Source of the DNA: Micrococcales bacterium
GTDB taxonomy: Bacteria > Actinomycetota > Actinomycetes > Actinomycetales > Cellulomonadaceae
Reading direction: 5' to 3'
DNA length: 42,569 nt
NCBI GenBank assembly: GCA_029267995.1
Contig: JAJUHG010000001.1
Coordinates: 1 to 42,569 of the forward strand
The notes beneath the pieces were generated by a model, which worked only from the letters and a program-made list of their open reading frames with translations, searched no databases and had not been told where the DNA came from. Each line of letters opens with the position of its first letter. Position 1 is the stretch's first letter. A program made the translations under genes and the position numbers. This document shows positions 34,064 through 42,569 of the stretch, piece after piece.

Positions 34064-35019
34064 GCCCGCTCGACGCCGTCGTGCGCGACTTCCTCGCGCA
34101 CCTCGTCGTCGAGAAGGGCGTCTCGGACAACACCTCGGCCGCCTACCGCCGCGACCTCGCGCGCTACGTCGCGCATCTCGAGGGTCGCGGCCGCCGCGAG
34201 CTGCGCGAGGTGACCGAGGCCGATGTCGAGGAGTACGCGGGCGCGCTTGCCTCGGGCGAGGCGACGGGGCGGCCCATGTCGGTCGCCTCGGTCGCGCGTG
34301 CGGTCGCCGCGGTGCGGGGGCTGCACCGCTTCGCGCTCCTCGAGGGGCGCGTCGCGGCGGACGTCGCGGCCTCGGTGCGGGCCCCCGCGCGTCCCCGCCG
34401 GCTGCCCAAGGCGATCACGGTCGACGAGGTCACGCGCCTGCTCGACGCCGCGGGGGTCGGGGACGGCCCGCTCCCGCTGCGCGACCGCGCGATCCTCGAG
34501 CTGCTGTACTCGACGGGGGCCCGCATCTCCGAGGCGACCGGACTCGACGTCGACGACCTCGACCTCACGCCCGGCCGCGGGAGCGTGCGGCTGTTCGGCA
34601 AGGGGCGCAAGGAACGCGTCGTTCCGGTCGGCTCGTTCGCGATCGAGGCCGTCGAGGCCTACCTCGTGCGTGCCCGTCCTGTCCTTGCCACGGGGGGACG
34701 AGGAACACCGGCGCTGTTCCTCAACGCGCGCGGGGCGCGGCTGTCGCGGCAGAGCGTGTGGGCCGTGCTGCAGAAGGCCGCCGAACGTGCGGGGCTGACC
34801 GCGCACGTCTCGCCGCACACCTTGCGCCACTCCTTCGCGACCCACCTGCTGCACGGCGGGGCGGACGTGCGCGTCGTCCAGGAGCTGCTCGGCCACGCCT
34901 CGGTCACGACGACCCAGCTGTACACGCTCGTGACCGCGGACACGCTGCGCGAGGTCTACCAGGCCTCGCACCCGCGTGCCGTGAGCGACCGCCCGGCACC
35001 CGCGGGCCAGGGCCGCTGA
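34060..35019 (+). CDS. xerD: Site-specific tyrosine recombinase XerD
   Basis: An N-terminal SAM-like domain plus catalytic RxxxHxxRHxxATHLL...[18 protein letters not shown] 34060 overlaps the ctaB stop (GTGA). Confidence 0.9.
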   Translation: MSPLDAVVRDFLAHLVVEKGVSDNTSAAYRRDLARYVAHLEGRGRRELREVTEADVEEYAGALASGEATGRPMSVASVARAVAAVRGLHRFALLEGRVAADVAASVRAPARPRRLPKAITVDEVTRLLDAAGVGDGPLPLRDRAILELLYSTGARISEATGLDVDDLDLTPGRGSVRLFGKGRKERVVPVGSFAIEAVEAYLVRARPVLATGGRGTPALFLNARGARLSRQSVWAVLQKAAERAGLTAHVSPHTLRHSFATHLLHGGADVRVVQELLGHASVTTTQLYTLVTADTLREVYQASHPRAVSDRPAPAGQGR

Positions 35020-35071
35020 CGGCCCGTGCGCCGCCGCCGACGGCGGGCTTGCTTGCGGTAGGTTGGGCGCC

Positions 35072-35935
35072 GTGACTTCCGCGGCAACAACGCAGGCGAC
35101 GGACCCCGTCGGCCGTCCTATGCCGGGCTTTGCGGACCCCGCGCCGCTCGACCGTCACGGGCCTGCGCGCATCATCGCGATGTGCAACCAGAAGGGTGGC
35201 GTCGGCAAGACCACGACGACGATCAACCTCGGCGCGGCGCTCGCCGAGTACGGCCGCAAGGTGCTCATCGTCGACTTCGACCCGCAGGGTGCCGCGAGCG
35301 TCGGCCTGGGCATCAACCCGCACGAGCTCGACGACACGGTCTACAACGTGCTCGTCGAGCGCGACGCGGACGTGCGCTCGATCATCCGGCCCACGAACGT
35401 CGAGCGGCTCGACCTGCTGCCCGCCAACATCGACCTGTCCGCGGCCGAGGTCCAGCTCGTGAGCGAGGTCGCCCGTGAGTCGATCCTCGCGCGCGCCCTG
35501 CGCCCGGTCGAGGACGACTACGACGTGATCCTCGTCGACTGCCAGCCCTCGCTCGGTCTGCTCACCGTCAACGCGCTCACCGCGGCGCACGGGGTGCTCA
35601 TCCCGCTCGAGTGCGAGTTCTTCGCGCTGCGCGGTGTCGCACTCCTCGTCGAGACGGTCGAGAAGGTCCGCGACCGGCTCAACCCGCGACTCCGCCTCGA
35701 CGGGATCGTCGCGACGATGTACGACGCGCGCACCCTGCACGCGCGCGAGGTCATCGAACGCGTGCACGAGGCCTTCGGCGACCAGCTGTTGCAGACCGTG
35801 ATCCGGCGCACCGTGAAGTTCCCTGACGCCTCGGTCGCGGCCGAACCGATCACCTCCTACGCCCCGTCGCACGACGGCGCCCACGCCTACCGGCAGCTGG
35901 CCAGGGAGCTCGTGGCCCGTGGCGCCGCAGCCTGA
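35072..35935 (+). CDS. ParA/Soj-family ATPase
   Basis: Deviant Walker A (NQKGGVGKTTTTINLG). GTG 35072 lies 7 nt after TAGGTT (35059-35064). TTG 35063 from the track falls inside that hexamer. Confidence 0.85.
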   Translation: MTSAATTQATDPVGRPMPGFADPAPLDRHGPARIIAMCNQKGGVGKTTTTINLGAALAEYGRKVLIVDFDPQGAASVGLGINPHELDDTVYNVLVERDADVRSIIRPTNVERLDLLPANIDLSAAEVQLVSEVARESILARALRPVEDDYDVILVDCQPSLGLLTVNALTAAHGVLIPLECEFFALRGVALLVETVEKVRDRLNPRLRLDGIVATMYDARTLHAREVIERVHEAFGDQLLQTVIRRTVKFPDASVAAEPITSYAPSHDGAHAYRQLARELVARGAAA

Positions 35936-36809
35936 GGCCCCCGCCGAGCCCGAAGCGCAGCTCGAGGCGCCCGTGGGGACCTCGGCGTTCTCGGTGCGCC
36001 TCGAGAACTTCGAGGGCCCGTTCGACCTGCTGCTCGGGCTCATCTCGCGCCACCAGCTCGACATCACCGAGGTCGCCCTCGCGCAGGTGACCGACGAGTT
36101 CATCGCCTACCTGCGCGGCTCGGCCGATCTCGACCTGAGCGAGGCGAGCGAGTTCCTCGTGGTCGCCTCGACCCTGCTCGACCTCAAGGCTGCGCGGCTC
36201 CTGCCGCAGGGTGACGTCGAGGACGCCGAGGACCTCGAGCTGCTCGAGGCACGCGACCTGCTGTTCGCCAGGCTCCTGCAGTACCGCGCGTTCAAGGAGG
36301 TCGCGGCGAGCTTCGCCGAGCGACTCGAGGGGGTTGCGCGTCGCTTCCCGCGCACCGTCCCGCTCGAGCCCCACCTCGCGGCGCTCCTGCCCGAGCTCGT
36401 GTGGTCGATCGGCCCCGTCGAGCTCGCGATCCTTGCCGCGCGAGCCCTCGAGCCGAAGGCCCCGCCCACGGTCGACGTGTCGCACCTGCACGGCGCGCGC
36501 GTGTCGGTGCGCGAGCAGGCGGCCGTCGTCGCCGATCGGGTGCGCCGGGCCGGCGGCACGACCTTCCGTGCCCTCGTCGCCGACGCGGGCGAGGTCGCCG
36601 TCGTCGTCGCGCGCTTCCTCGCCCTGCTCGAGCTGTTCAAGGAGGGCGCGGTCGCGTTCGAGCAGATGACCCCGCTCGGCGAGCTCACGGTGCGCTGGAC
36701 GGGAAGCGCGGACGGCCAGGTCGAGATCGCCGACGACTACGACGACGCCGCGGCGGCGCCGCTCCAGGACGACGCCGCGGTGCGAGCCAACCGGGAGGAG
36801 ACCACGTGA
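35919..36809 (+). CDS. scpA: Segregation and condensation protein A
   Basis: FSVRLENFEGPFDLLLGLISRHQLDITEVALAQVTDEF is the ScpA signature; 296 aa. Confidence 0.88.
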   Translation: MAPQPEAPAEPEAQLEAPVGTSAFSVRLENFEGPFDLLLGLISRHQLDITEVALAQVTDEFIAYLRGSADLDLSEASEFLVVASTLLDLKAARLLPQGDVEDAEDLELLEARDLLFARLLQYRAFKEVAASFAERLEGVARRFPRTVPLEPHLAALLPELVWSIGPVELAILAARALEPKAPPTVDVSHLHGARVSVREQAAVVADRVRRAGGTTFRALVADAGEVAVVVARFLALLELFKEGAVAFEQMTPLGELTVRWTGSADGQVEIADDYDDAAAAPLQDDAAVRANREETT

Positions 36810-37468
36810 GCGAGCCCGAGACGGACCTCGCGACGAGCCCCGCCGAGCCAGACGTCCCCGCGCCGAGCGCGGACGAGCTCGCCTTCGACGTCCACGAGCT
36901 GCCCGGCGGGGCTCCCGCGGCGGTCGAGGCCGTCCTCATGGTGACCGAGGAGCCGATCCCTGCGGTCCGCCTCGCGAGCGTCCTCGCGCTGCCGACCGAG
37001 GAGGTCGAGGCTATCCTCGTCGAGCTCGCGGCCGAGTACCGCGGCGAGCGTGGCGGGCGTACGCGCGGTTTCGAGCTGCGGCAGGTCGGCGAGGGGTGGC
37101 GGATCTACTCGGCGGGCCACGCGGCCGACGTCGTCGCACGCTTCGTGCTCGACGGGCAGTCCGCGCGGCTCACGCAGGCTGCGCTCGAGACGCTTGCGGT
37201 GATCGCCTACCGCCAGCCGGTCACCCGCGGGCAGGTCTCGGGCGTGCGCGGCGTCAACGTCGACTCGGTCGTGCGCACCCTGACCACGCGCGGTCTCGTC
37301 GAGGAGGTCGGGTCCGACCCCGCGAGCGGCGCGGTGCTGTACGGGACCACGGGATACTTCTTGGAGCGCATGGGGATCTCCTCGCTCGACGAGCTGCCCC
37401 CGCTTGCGCCCTACCTGCCCGACATGGACCTGATCGACGTCGACGACGTCAGCGGAGGACCGGTGTGA
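36806..37468 (+). CDS. scpB: Segregation and condensation protein B
   Basis: AVEAVLMVTEEPI..., LETLAVIAYRQPVTRGQVSGVRGVNVDSVVRTL. GTG 36806 overlaps the scpA stop. Confidence 0.88.
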   Translation: MSEPETDLATSPAEPDVPAPSADELAFDVHELPGGAPAAVEAVLMVTEEPIPAVRLASVLALPTEEVEAILVELAAEYRGERGGRTRGFELRQVGEGWRIYSAGHAADVVARFVLDGQSARLTQAALETLAVIAYRQPVTRGQVSGVRGVNVDSVVRTLTTRGLVEEVGSDPASGAVLYGTTGYFLERMGISSLDELPPLAPYLPDMDLIDVDDVSGGPV

Positions 37469-38214
37469 CCCCTCGAGACGTGCACGTCGCGGACGGCGTG
37501 CGCCTGCAGAAGGTGCTCGCGCAGGCCGGTCACGGCTCGCGGCGCGCGTGCGAGAAGCTCATCGCGACCGGCCGGGTGAGCGTCGACGGGGTCGTCGTGC
37601 GCGAGCTCGGCGTGCGGGTCGACCCGCAGCGTTCGGTGATCCACGTCGACGGCATGCGTGTCGTGACCGACACCTCGCTCGTCACGCTCGCGCTCAACAA
37701 GCCGCTCGGCGTCGTGTCGACCATGAGCGACCCCGAGGGGCGGCCCTCGCTCGAGCAGTTCGTCGCGGACCGCACCGAGCGCCTGTTCCACGTCGGCCGG
37801 CTCGACGCGGAGTCCGAGGGGCTCTTGCTGCTCACGAACGACGGCGAGCTCGCGCACCGTCTTGCCCACCCGAGCTTCGAGGTGCCCAAGACCTACGTCG
37901 TGAACGTCACGGGCCGGGTGCGCCCCGCGACCGGCAAGGCCCTGCTCGAGGGTGTCGAGCTCGAGGACGGGCCGGCACGGCTCGACGAGTTCCGGGTGAT
38001 CGACCAGACGCCCAAGGCCGCGATCATCGAGGTGCAGCTGCACGAGGGGCGCAACCGCATCGTGCGGCGGATGTTCGACGCGGTCGACCTCCCGGTCGAG
38101 CGGCTCGTGCGCACCCGCATCGGACCGGTGCGTCTTGGTGACCTGCGCCCCGGGCGCACGCGCGTGCTCGGGCGCACCGAGCTCGGCAGTCTCATGGCGG
38201 CGGTGGGCCTGTGA
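37465..38214 (+). CDS. rluB: Pseudouridine synthase (RluB/RsuA family)
   Basis: An S4 domain (RLQKVLAQAGHGSRRACEKLI) plus catalytic HVGRLDAESEGLLLLTNDGEL. Confidence 0.88.
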   Translation: MTPRDVHVADGVRLQKVLAQAGHGSRRACEKLIATGRVSVDGVVVRELGVRVDPQRSVIHVDGMRVVTDTSLVTLALNKPLGVVSTMSDPEGRPSLEQFVADRTERLFHVGRLDAESEGLLLLTNDGELAHRLAHPSFEVPKTYVVNVTGRVRPATGKALLEGVELEDGPARLDEFRVIDQTPKAAIIEVQLHEGRNRIVRRMFDAVDLPVERLVRTRIGPVRLGDLRPGRTRVLGRTELGSLMAAVGL

Positions 38215-39302
38215 GCCCGGTCGCGACGCGCGGGCCCGTGCGGGTGGTCGGGACGGGGCTGCTGGGCACCTCGATCGGTCTGGCGCTGCGCGCGCTCGAC
38301 GTCGACGTCGTCCTCGCCGACCCGTCGCGCACCTCGCTCGGCATCGCGCTCGACATGGGCGCGGGTCGGCTTCCCGCCGCCGACGACGCCCCCGTCGCGC
38401 TCGTCGTCGTCGCGGCCCCGCCCGACGTCGTCGCGGAGGTCGTCGCCGCCGAGCTCGAGGCGCACCCGGACGCGGTCGTCACGGACGTCGCGAGCGTCAA
38501 GACCTCGGTGCGCGACGCGGTCGCGGCGAGCGGCGCGGACCTCACGCGCTACGTCGGCTCGCACCCCATGGCGGGGCGCGAGCGCAGCGGCCCGACCGCG
38601 GCGCAGGCCGAGCTCTTCGCGGCCCGGCCGTGGGTCATCGTCGACTCGGGCAGCTCGAGCGACGAGGCGCTGCTCACGGTGCGCTCGCTCGCGGTCGACC
38701 TGGGCGCGGTGCCCGTGACGATGGACGCCGAGGGGCACGACGACGCGGTCGCGACGGTCTCGCACCTCCCGCAGGTGGCCGCAAGCCTCGTCGCGGCGCG
38801 GCTCGTCGCGGCCCGCCCCGAGGCCCTCGCCCTCGCAGGTCAGGGGCTGCGCGACACGACGCGCATCGCCGCGAGCGACGCGCGGCTGTGGGCGAGCATC
38901 CTCGCGGCGAACGCGGGGCCCGTGCGCGAGCTGCTCGTGGGGTTGCGCGAGGACCTCGACCGGGTCGTCGCGGCGCTCGACGAGGGCTCGCTCGCGGGGC
39001 TCGCGCGCGTCGTCGAGGCGGGGAACCTCGGGGTCGCACGGATCCCGGGCAAGCACGGCGGGGCACCGCGCGCCTTCGAGGTCGTCACGGTGCTCGTGCC
39101 CGACACCCCGGGCGAGCTCGCGCGCCTGCTGACCGAGATCGGGGACGCGGGGATCAACCTCGAGGACCTGCTCCTCGAGCACAGCCCGGGCCAGCCGGTC
39201 GGGCTTGCGTCGTTGTCGGTGCTGCCCGGGTCGACCGGGCAGCTCGTCGAGGTGCTCGCGAACCGCGGCTGGCGGATCGCGGGGGAGGAGCAGCATGCCT
39301 GA
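38211..39302 (+). CDS. tyrA: Prephenate dehydrogenase
   Basis: VRVVGTGLLGTSIGLAL Rossmann motif and GSHPMAGRE; the C-terminus is ACT-like. Confidence 0.85.
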   Translation: MSPVATRGPVRVVGTGLLGTSIGLALRALDVDVVLADPSRTSLGIALDMGAGRLPAADDAPVALVVVAAPPDVVAEVVAAELEAHPDAVVTDVASVKTSVRDAVAASGADLTRYVGSHPMAGRERSGPTAAQAELFAARPWVIVDSGSSSDEALLTVRSLAVDLGAVPVTMDAEGHDDAVATVSHLPQVAASLVAARLVAARPEALALAGQGLRDTTRIAASDARLWASILAANAGPVRELLVGLREDLDRVVAALDEGSLAGLARVVEAGNLGVARIPGKHGGAPRAFEVVTVLVPDTPGELARLLTEIGDAGINLEDLLLEHSPGQPVGLASLSVLPGSTGQLVEVLANRGWRIAGEEQHA

Positions 39303-39999
39303 GCGTCCCGCGCTCGTCGTCGCGATCGACGGGCCCTCGGGGTCCGGCAAGTCGACCGTCTCGCGCCGTGTCGCGCAGGACCTGGGCCTGGCCTACCTCG
39401 ACACGGGCGCGATGTACCGCGCGGCGACGTGGTGGTGCCTGCACGAGGGTGTCGACCTCGGCGACGGTGCGGCCGTGCTCGCCGCGGTGCGGCTCATGCC
39501 GCTCGAGATGGGGGTAGACCCGACCGCGCCGAGCGTGCACGTGGACGGGCACGACGTCGGCGCGGCGATCCGCACGCCCGAGGTCACGGGTGCGGTGAGC
39601 ACGGTCTCGGGGAACCTCGACGTGCGCGCCGAGCTGCGCGAGCTGCAGCGCGCGGCGATCCGCGACCAGGCGTCCCCTCGGGCGTTCTCCGCGGGGCGCG
39701 GGATCGTCGCCGAGGGCCGTGACATCACGACCGTGATCGCCCCGGACGCCGACGTGCGCATCTTGCTCACGGCGTCCGAGGCGGCGCGTCTTGCGCGCCG
39801 TGCTCGGGAGGTGCACGGCGCGGCGGACTCCTCGTCGCTCGCCGCGACCCGCGCTCTGGTCGTGGGTCGGGACAAGGTCGACTCGGCCGTGACGAGCTTT
39901 CTCGAGGCGGCCGACGGTGTCGTGACCGTCGACTCCTCCGAGCTGACGATCGACGAGACGGTCGACGTGGTCCTCTCGCTCGTCGAGAGCCGCCGGTGA
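39295..39999 (+). CDS. cmk: (d)CMP kinase
   Basis: VVAIDGPSGSGKSTVSR P-loop, LDTGAMYRA. Confidence 0.9.
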   Translation: MPERPALVVAIDGPSGSGKSTVSRRVAQDLGLAYLDTGAMYRAATWWCLHEGVDLGDGAAVLAAVRLMPLEMGVDPTAPSVHVDGHDVGAAIRTPEVTGAVSTVSGNLDVRAELRELQRAAIRDQASPRAFSAGRGIVAEGRDITTVIAPDADVRILLTASEAARLARRAREVHGAADSSSLAATRALVVGRDKVDSAVTSFLEAADGVVTVDSSELTIDETVDVVLSLVESRR

Positions 40000-40691
40000 G
40001 CGCGCCAGAACCACGGACCCCGCCGCGATGGGCGCGGCGCGTCGGGCGGTTCCTCGCGCGCGTCGTGTGGGACACCGAGATCCGCGGCGTCGAGCACGTG
40101 CCCGCGAGCGGACCTGTCGTCGTCGTCGCGAACCACCTCGGTCTCATGGACGGACCTCTGCTCGTGGGGGCCCTGCCCCGGCCCACGGCGGTGCTCGTGC
40201 GCGCGGGGATGTTCGTCGGGCCGCTCGGGTGGCTCTTGCGGCGTTCGGGCCAGATCCCGGTGCATGACGAGGACGGCGGGCGCAGCGCGCTCGTCGCGGC
40301 GCGCGCCCACCTCGGTGCGGGAGGTGTCGTCGCGGTGTTCCCCGAGGGCTCGCGCGGCAAGGGTGATGCGGCGGACGCTCGGGCAGGTGCGGCGTGGCTC
40401 GCGGTCAACGGTCGGGCGCTCGTGGTGCCCGCTGCGATCCTCGGGACCAGGCGCACGGGGGAGTCGGTGCACCGCCCGCCCCCGCCGCGCCGTCGGCTCG
40501 TGATCGAGCTCGGGCCTCCGCTCGCGATCGACCGTCCGACGGGGCTCTCGGGACGCGCCGCGCTCGAGGCCGCGAACCACCAGATCCGCACCGCCCTCGC
40601 CGAGGTGGTCGCACGCGCCGTCGGTCGGTCGGGGCTCGCGCTGCCGAGCGACGACCCGCTTGCAGATCGTCGGGGGAGAATGGTGCGATGA
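39996..40691 (+). CDS. Lysophospholipid (1-acyl-sn-glycerol-3-phosphate) acyltransferase family protein
   Basis: HX4D motif ([10 protein letters not shown]) and an FPEGSR motif. Confidence 0.8.
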   Translation: MSAPEPRTPPRWARRVGRFLARVVWDTEIRGVEHVPASGPVVVVANHLGLMDGPLLVGALPRPTAVLVRAGMFVGPLGWLLRRSGQIPVHDEDGGRSALVAARAHLGAGGVVAVFPEGSRGKGDAADARAGAAWLAVNGRALVVPAAILGTRRTGESVHRPPPPRRRLVIELGPPLAIDRPTGLSGRAALEAANHQIRTALAEVVARAVGRSGLALPSDDPLADRRGRMVR

Positions 40692-42178
40692 GTGAGAACG
40701 AGTACGAGCCCGAAGGCCCCGTCGCACCGATCGAGGTGGTCGACGACGTGCCGCGCGCCGAGGCGCTGCGGGCGGGGCTCGCCGAGTACGACCTCGAGGA
40801 GGGCGACCTCGCGCTGCTCGAGTCGCAGGGCGAGACCGCAGGCGAGGGTGCGGCGCTCGCGCCGCTGCCCGTGCTCGCCGTCGTCGGACGGCCCAACGTC
40901 GGCAAGTCGACGCTCGTCAACCGGATCCTCGGCCGGCGCGAGGCGGTCGTCGAGGACACCCCGGGCGTGACCCGTGACCGCGTGCACTACGACGCCGAGT
41001 GGTCGGGCCGGGAGTTCACCCTCGTCGACACCGGTGGCTGGGAGGTCGACGTCGCGGGGATCGAGGCGCGGGTCGCCGAGCAGGCCGAGGTCGCGATCTC
41101 GCTCGCGGACGCGGTGCTCTTCGTGGTCGACGCGACCGTGGGGCCTACGGCGACCGACGAACAGGTCGTGCGCCTCCTGCGGCGATCGGGCAAGCCCGTC
41201 GTGCTCGCCGCGAACAAGGTCGACGGACCGAGCGGGGAGTCGGACGCCGCGATGCTGTGGAGCCTCGGGCTCGGCGAGCCGCACGCGGTCTCGGCGCTGC
41301 ACGGCCGCGGGACGGGAGACCTGCTCGACCGGATCCTCGAGGTGCTGCCCGAGACCTCCCAGCTCGGGCGCGAGGTTCCCCAGGGTGGTCCGCGTCGGGT
41401 CGCGCTCGTCGGGCGGCCCAACGTCGGCAAGTCCTCGCTGCTCAACCGGCTCGCGGGGACCGAGCGCGTCGTCGTCGACGACGTCGCAGGGACGACGCGC
41501 GACCCGGTCGACGAGCTCGTGACGCTCAAGGACCGCACGTGGTGGTTCGTCGACACCGCGGGGATCCGGCGCCGGGTGCACCAGACCTCAGGGGCGGACT
41601 TCTACGCCTCGCTGCGCACTCGTGCCGCGATCGAGCGCTCGGAGGTCGCGGTCGTCCTCGTCGATGCTTCGGTGCCGATCACCGAGCAGGACACGCGCGT
41701 GATCTCCCAGGTCGTCGAGACCGGGCGTGCGCTCGTGATCGCGTACAACAAGTGGGACCTCATGGACGCCGACCGCCGCCCGTACCTCGAGCGGGAGATC
41801 GAGCGTGACCTCGTCCAGGTGCAGTGGGCCCCGCGGGTCAACATCTCGGCGCGCACCGGGTGGCACGCCGAGAAGCTCGTCCCCGCGCTCGACCTCGCGC
41901 TCGCCTCGTGGGAGACGCGCATCTCGACGGGCAAGCTGAACTCCTTCCTCGGCGAGCTCGTCGCGGCGCACCCGCACCCCGTGCGAGGCGGCAAGCAGCC
42001 GCGCATCCTCTACGCGACGCAGGCCTCGACGCGCCCGCCACGCTTCGTGATCTTCGCCTCAGGGTTCATCGAGGCGGGGTACCGCAGGTTCGTCGAGCGG
42101 CGCCTGCGCGAGACCTTCGGTTTCGAGGGTTCCCCGATCGAGATCTCGGTGCGCGTGCGCGAGAAGCGGCGGCGCTGA
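40688..42178 (+). CDS. der: Ribosome biogenesis GTPase Der (EngA)
   Basis: Two tandem GTPase domains ([12 protein letters not shown] and [12 protein letters not shown]) plus a KH-like C-terminus. ATG 40688 overlaps the upstream stop (ATGA). Confidence 0.93.
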   Translation: MSENEYEPEGPVAPIEVVDDVPRAEALRAGLAEYDLEEGDLALLESQGETAGEGAALAPLPVLAVVGRPNVGKSTLVNRILGRREAVVEDTPGVTRDRVHYDAEWSGREFTLVDTGGWEVDVAGIEARVAEQAEVAISLADAVLFVVDATVGPTATDEQVVRLLRRSGKPVVLAANKVDGPSGESDAAMLWSLGLGEPHAVSALHGRGTGDLLDRILEVLPETSQLGREVPQGGPRRVALVGRPNVGKSSLLNRLAGTERVVVDDVAGTTRDPVDELVTLKDRTWWFVDTAGIRRRVHQTSGADFYASLRTRAAIERSEVAVVLVDASVPITEQDTRVISQVVETGRALVIAYNKWDLMDADRRPYLEREIERDLVQVQWAPRVNISARTGWHAEKLVPALDLALASWETRISTGKLNSFLGELVAAHPHPVRGGKQPRILYATQASTRPPRFVIFASGFIEAGYRRFVERRLRETFGFEGSPIEISVRVREKRRR

Positions 42179-42231
42179 GCGCGAGCACCCTCGCGACTGG
42201 GGTAGCATTCTCGTCGGCCCTCCGGGGCCAT

Positions 42232-42569
<338 letters not shown>

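Noticed and set aside
34060-36809. Looked for parS (GTTTCACGTGAAAC-like) or dif sites near xerD, parA and scpA.
   Set aside because: I found no such AT-containing palindromes by eye in or around these genes. A proper pattern search of the whole replicon would be needed.

Overview
This is a high-GC (roughly 70%+) actinobacterial chromosomal core segment, and nearly all of it is explained by conserved housekeeping genes in classic actinobacterial synteny. On the plus strand: polA, pfkA, rpsA, coaE, uvrB, terC, uvrA, uvrC, rapZ, yvcK, whiA, gap, pgk, tpiA, secG and rbpA. On the minus strand: tkt, zwf, opcA and pgl. Then on the plus strand again: ctaB, xerD, parA, scpA, scpB, rluB, tyrA, cmk, plsC, der and tRNA-Pro(GGG). 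I found no CRISPR array, IS element or transposase, prophage block, or recognisable defence or biosynthetic cluster, and I cannot honestly point to a clearly novel multi-gene system. The many very long extra ORFs in the six-frame track are Arg/Ala/Pro-rich antisense or off-frame artefacts of the GC content. The noteworthy signals are regulatory or structural: (1) a very good yybP-ykoY (Mn2+) riboswitch with an SD-sequestering expression platform upstream of terC. (2) A repeated TGTCRG-N10-TANNNT promoter motif (mycobacterial RecA-NDp/PafBC type) placed exactly 6 nt before the start codons of polA, uvrB and uvrA, implying leaderless, DNA-damage-inducible transcripts; a weaker copy precedes uvrC, and a LexA-box-like palindrome sits next to the uvrA copy. 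(3) A frameshifted siderophore-interacting-protein gene. (4) Twin palindromes bracketing a -10 box in the tkt/ctaB divergent region. (5) A compositional break and an ORF reading into the 3' half of tRNA-Pro at the right edge, suggesting an integrated-element boundary that continues outside the window.
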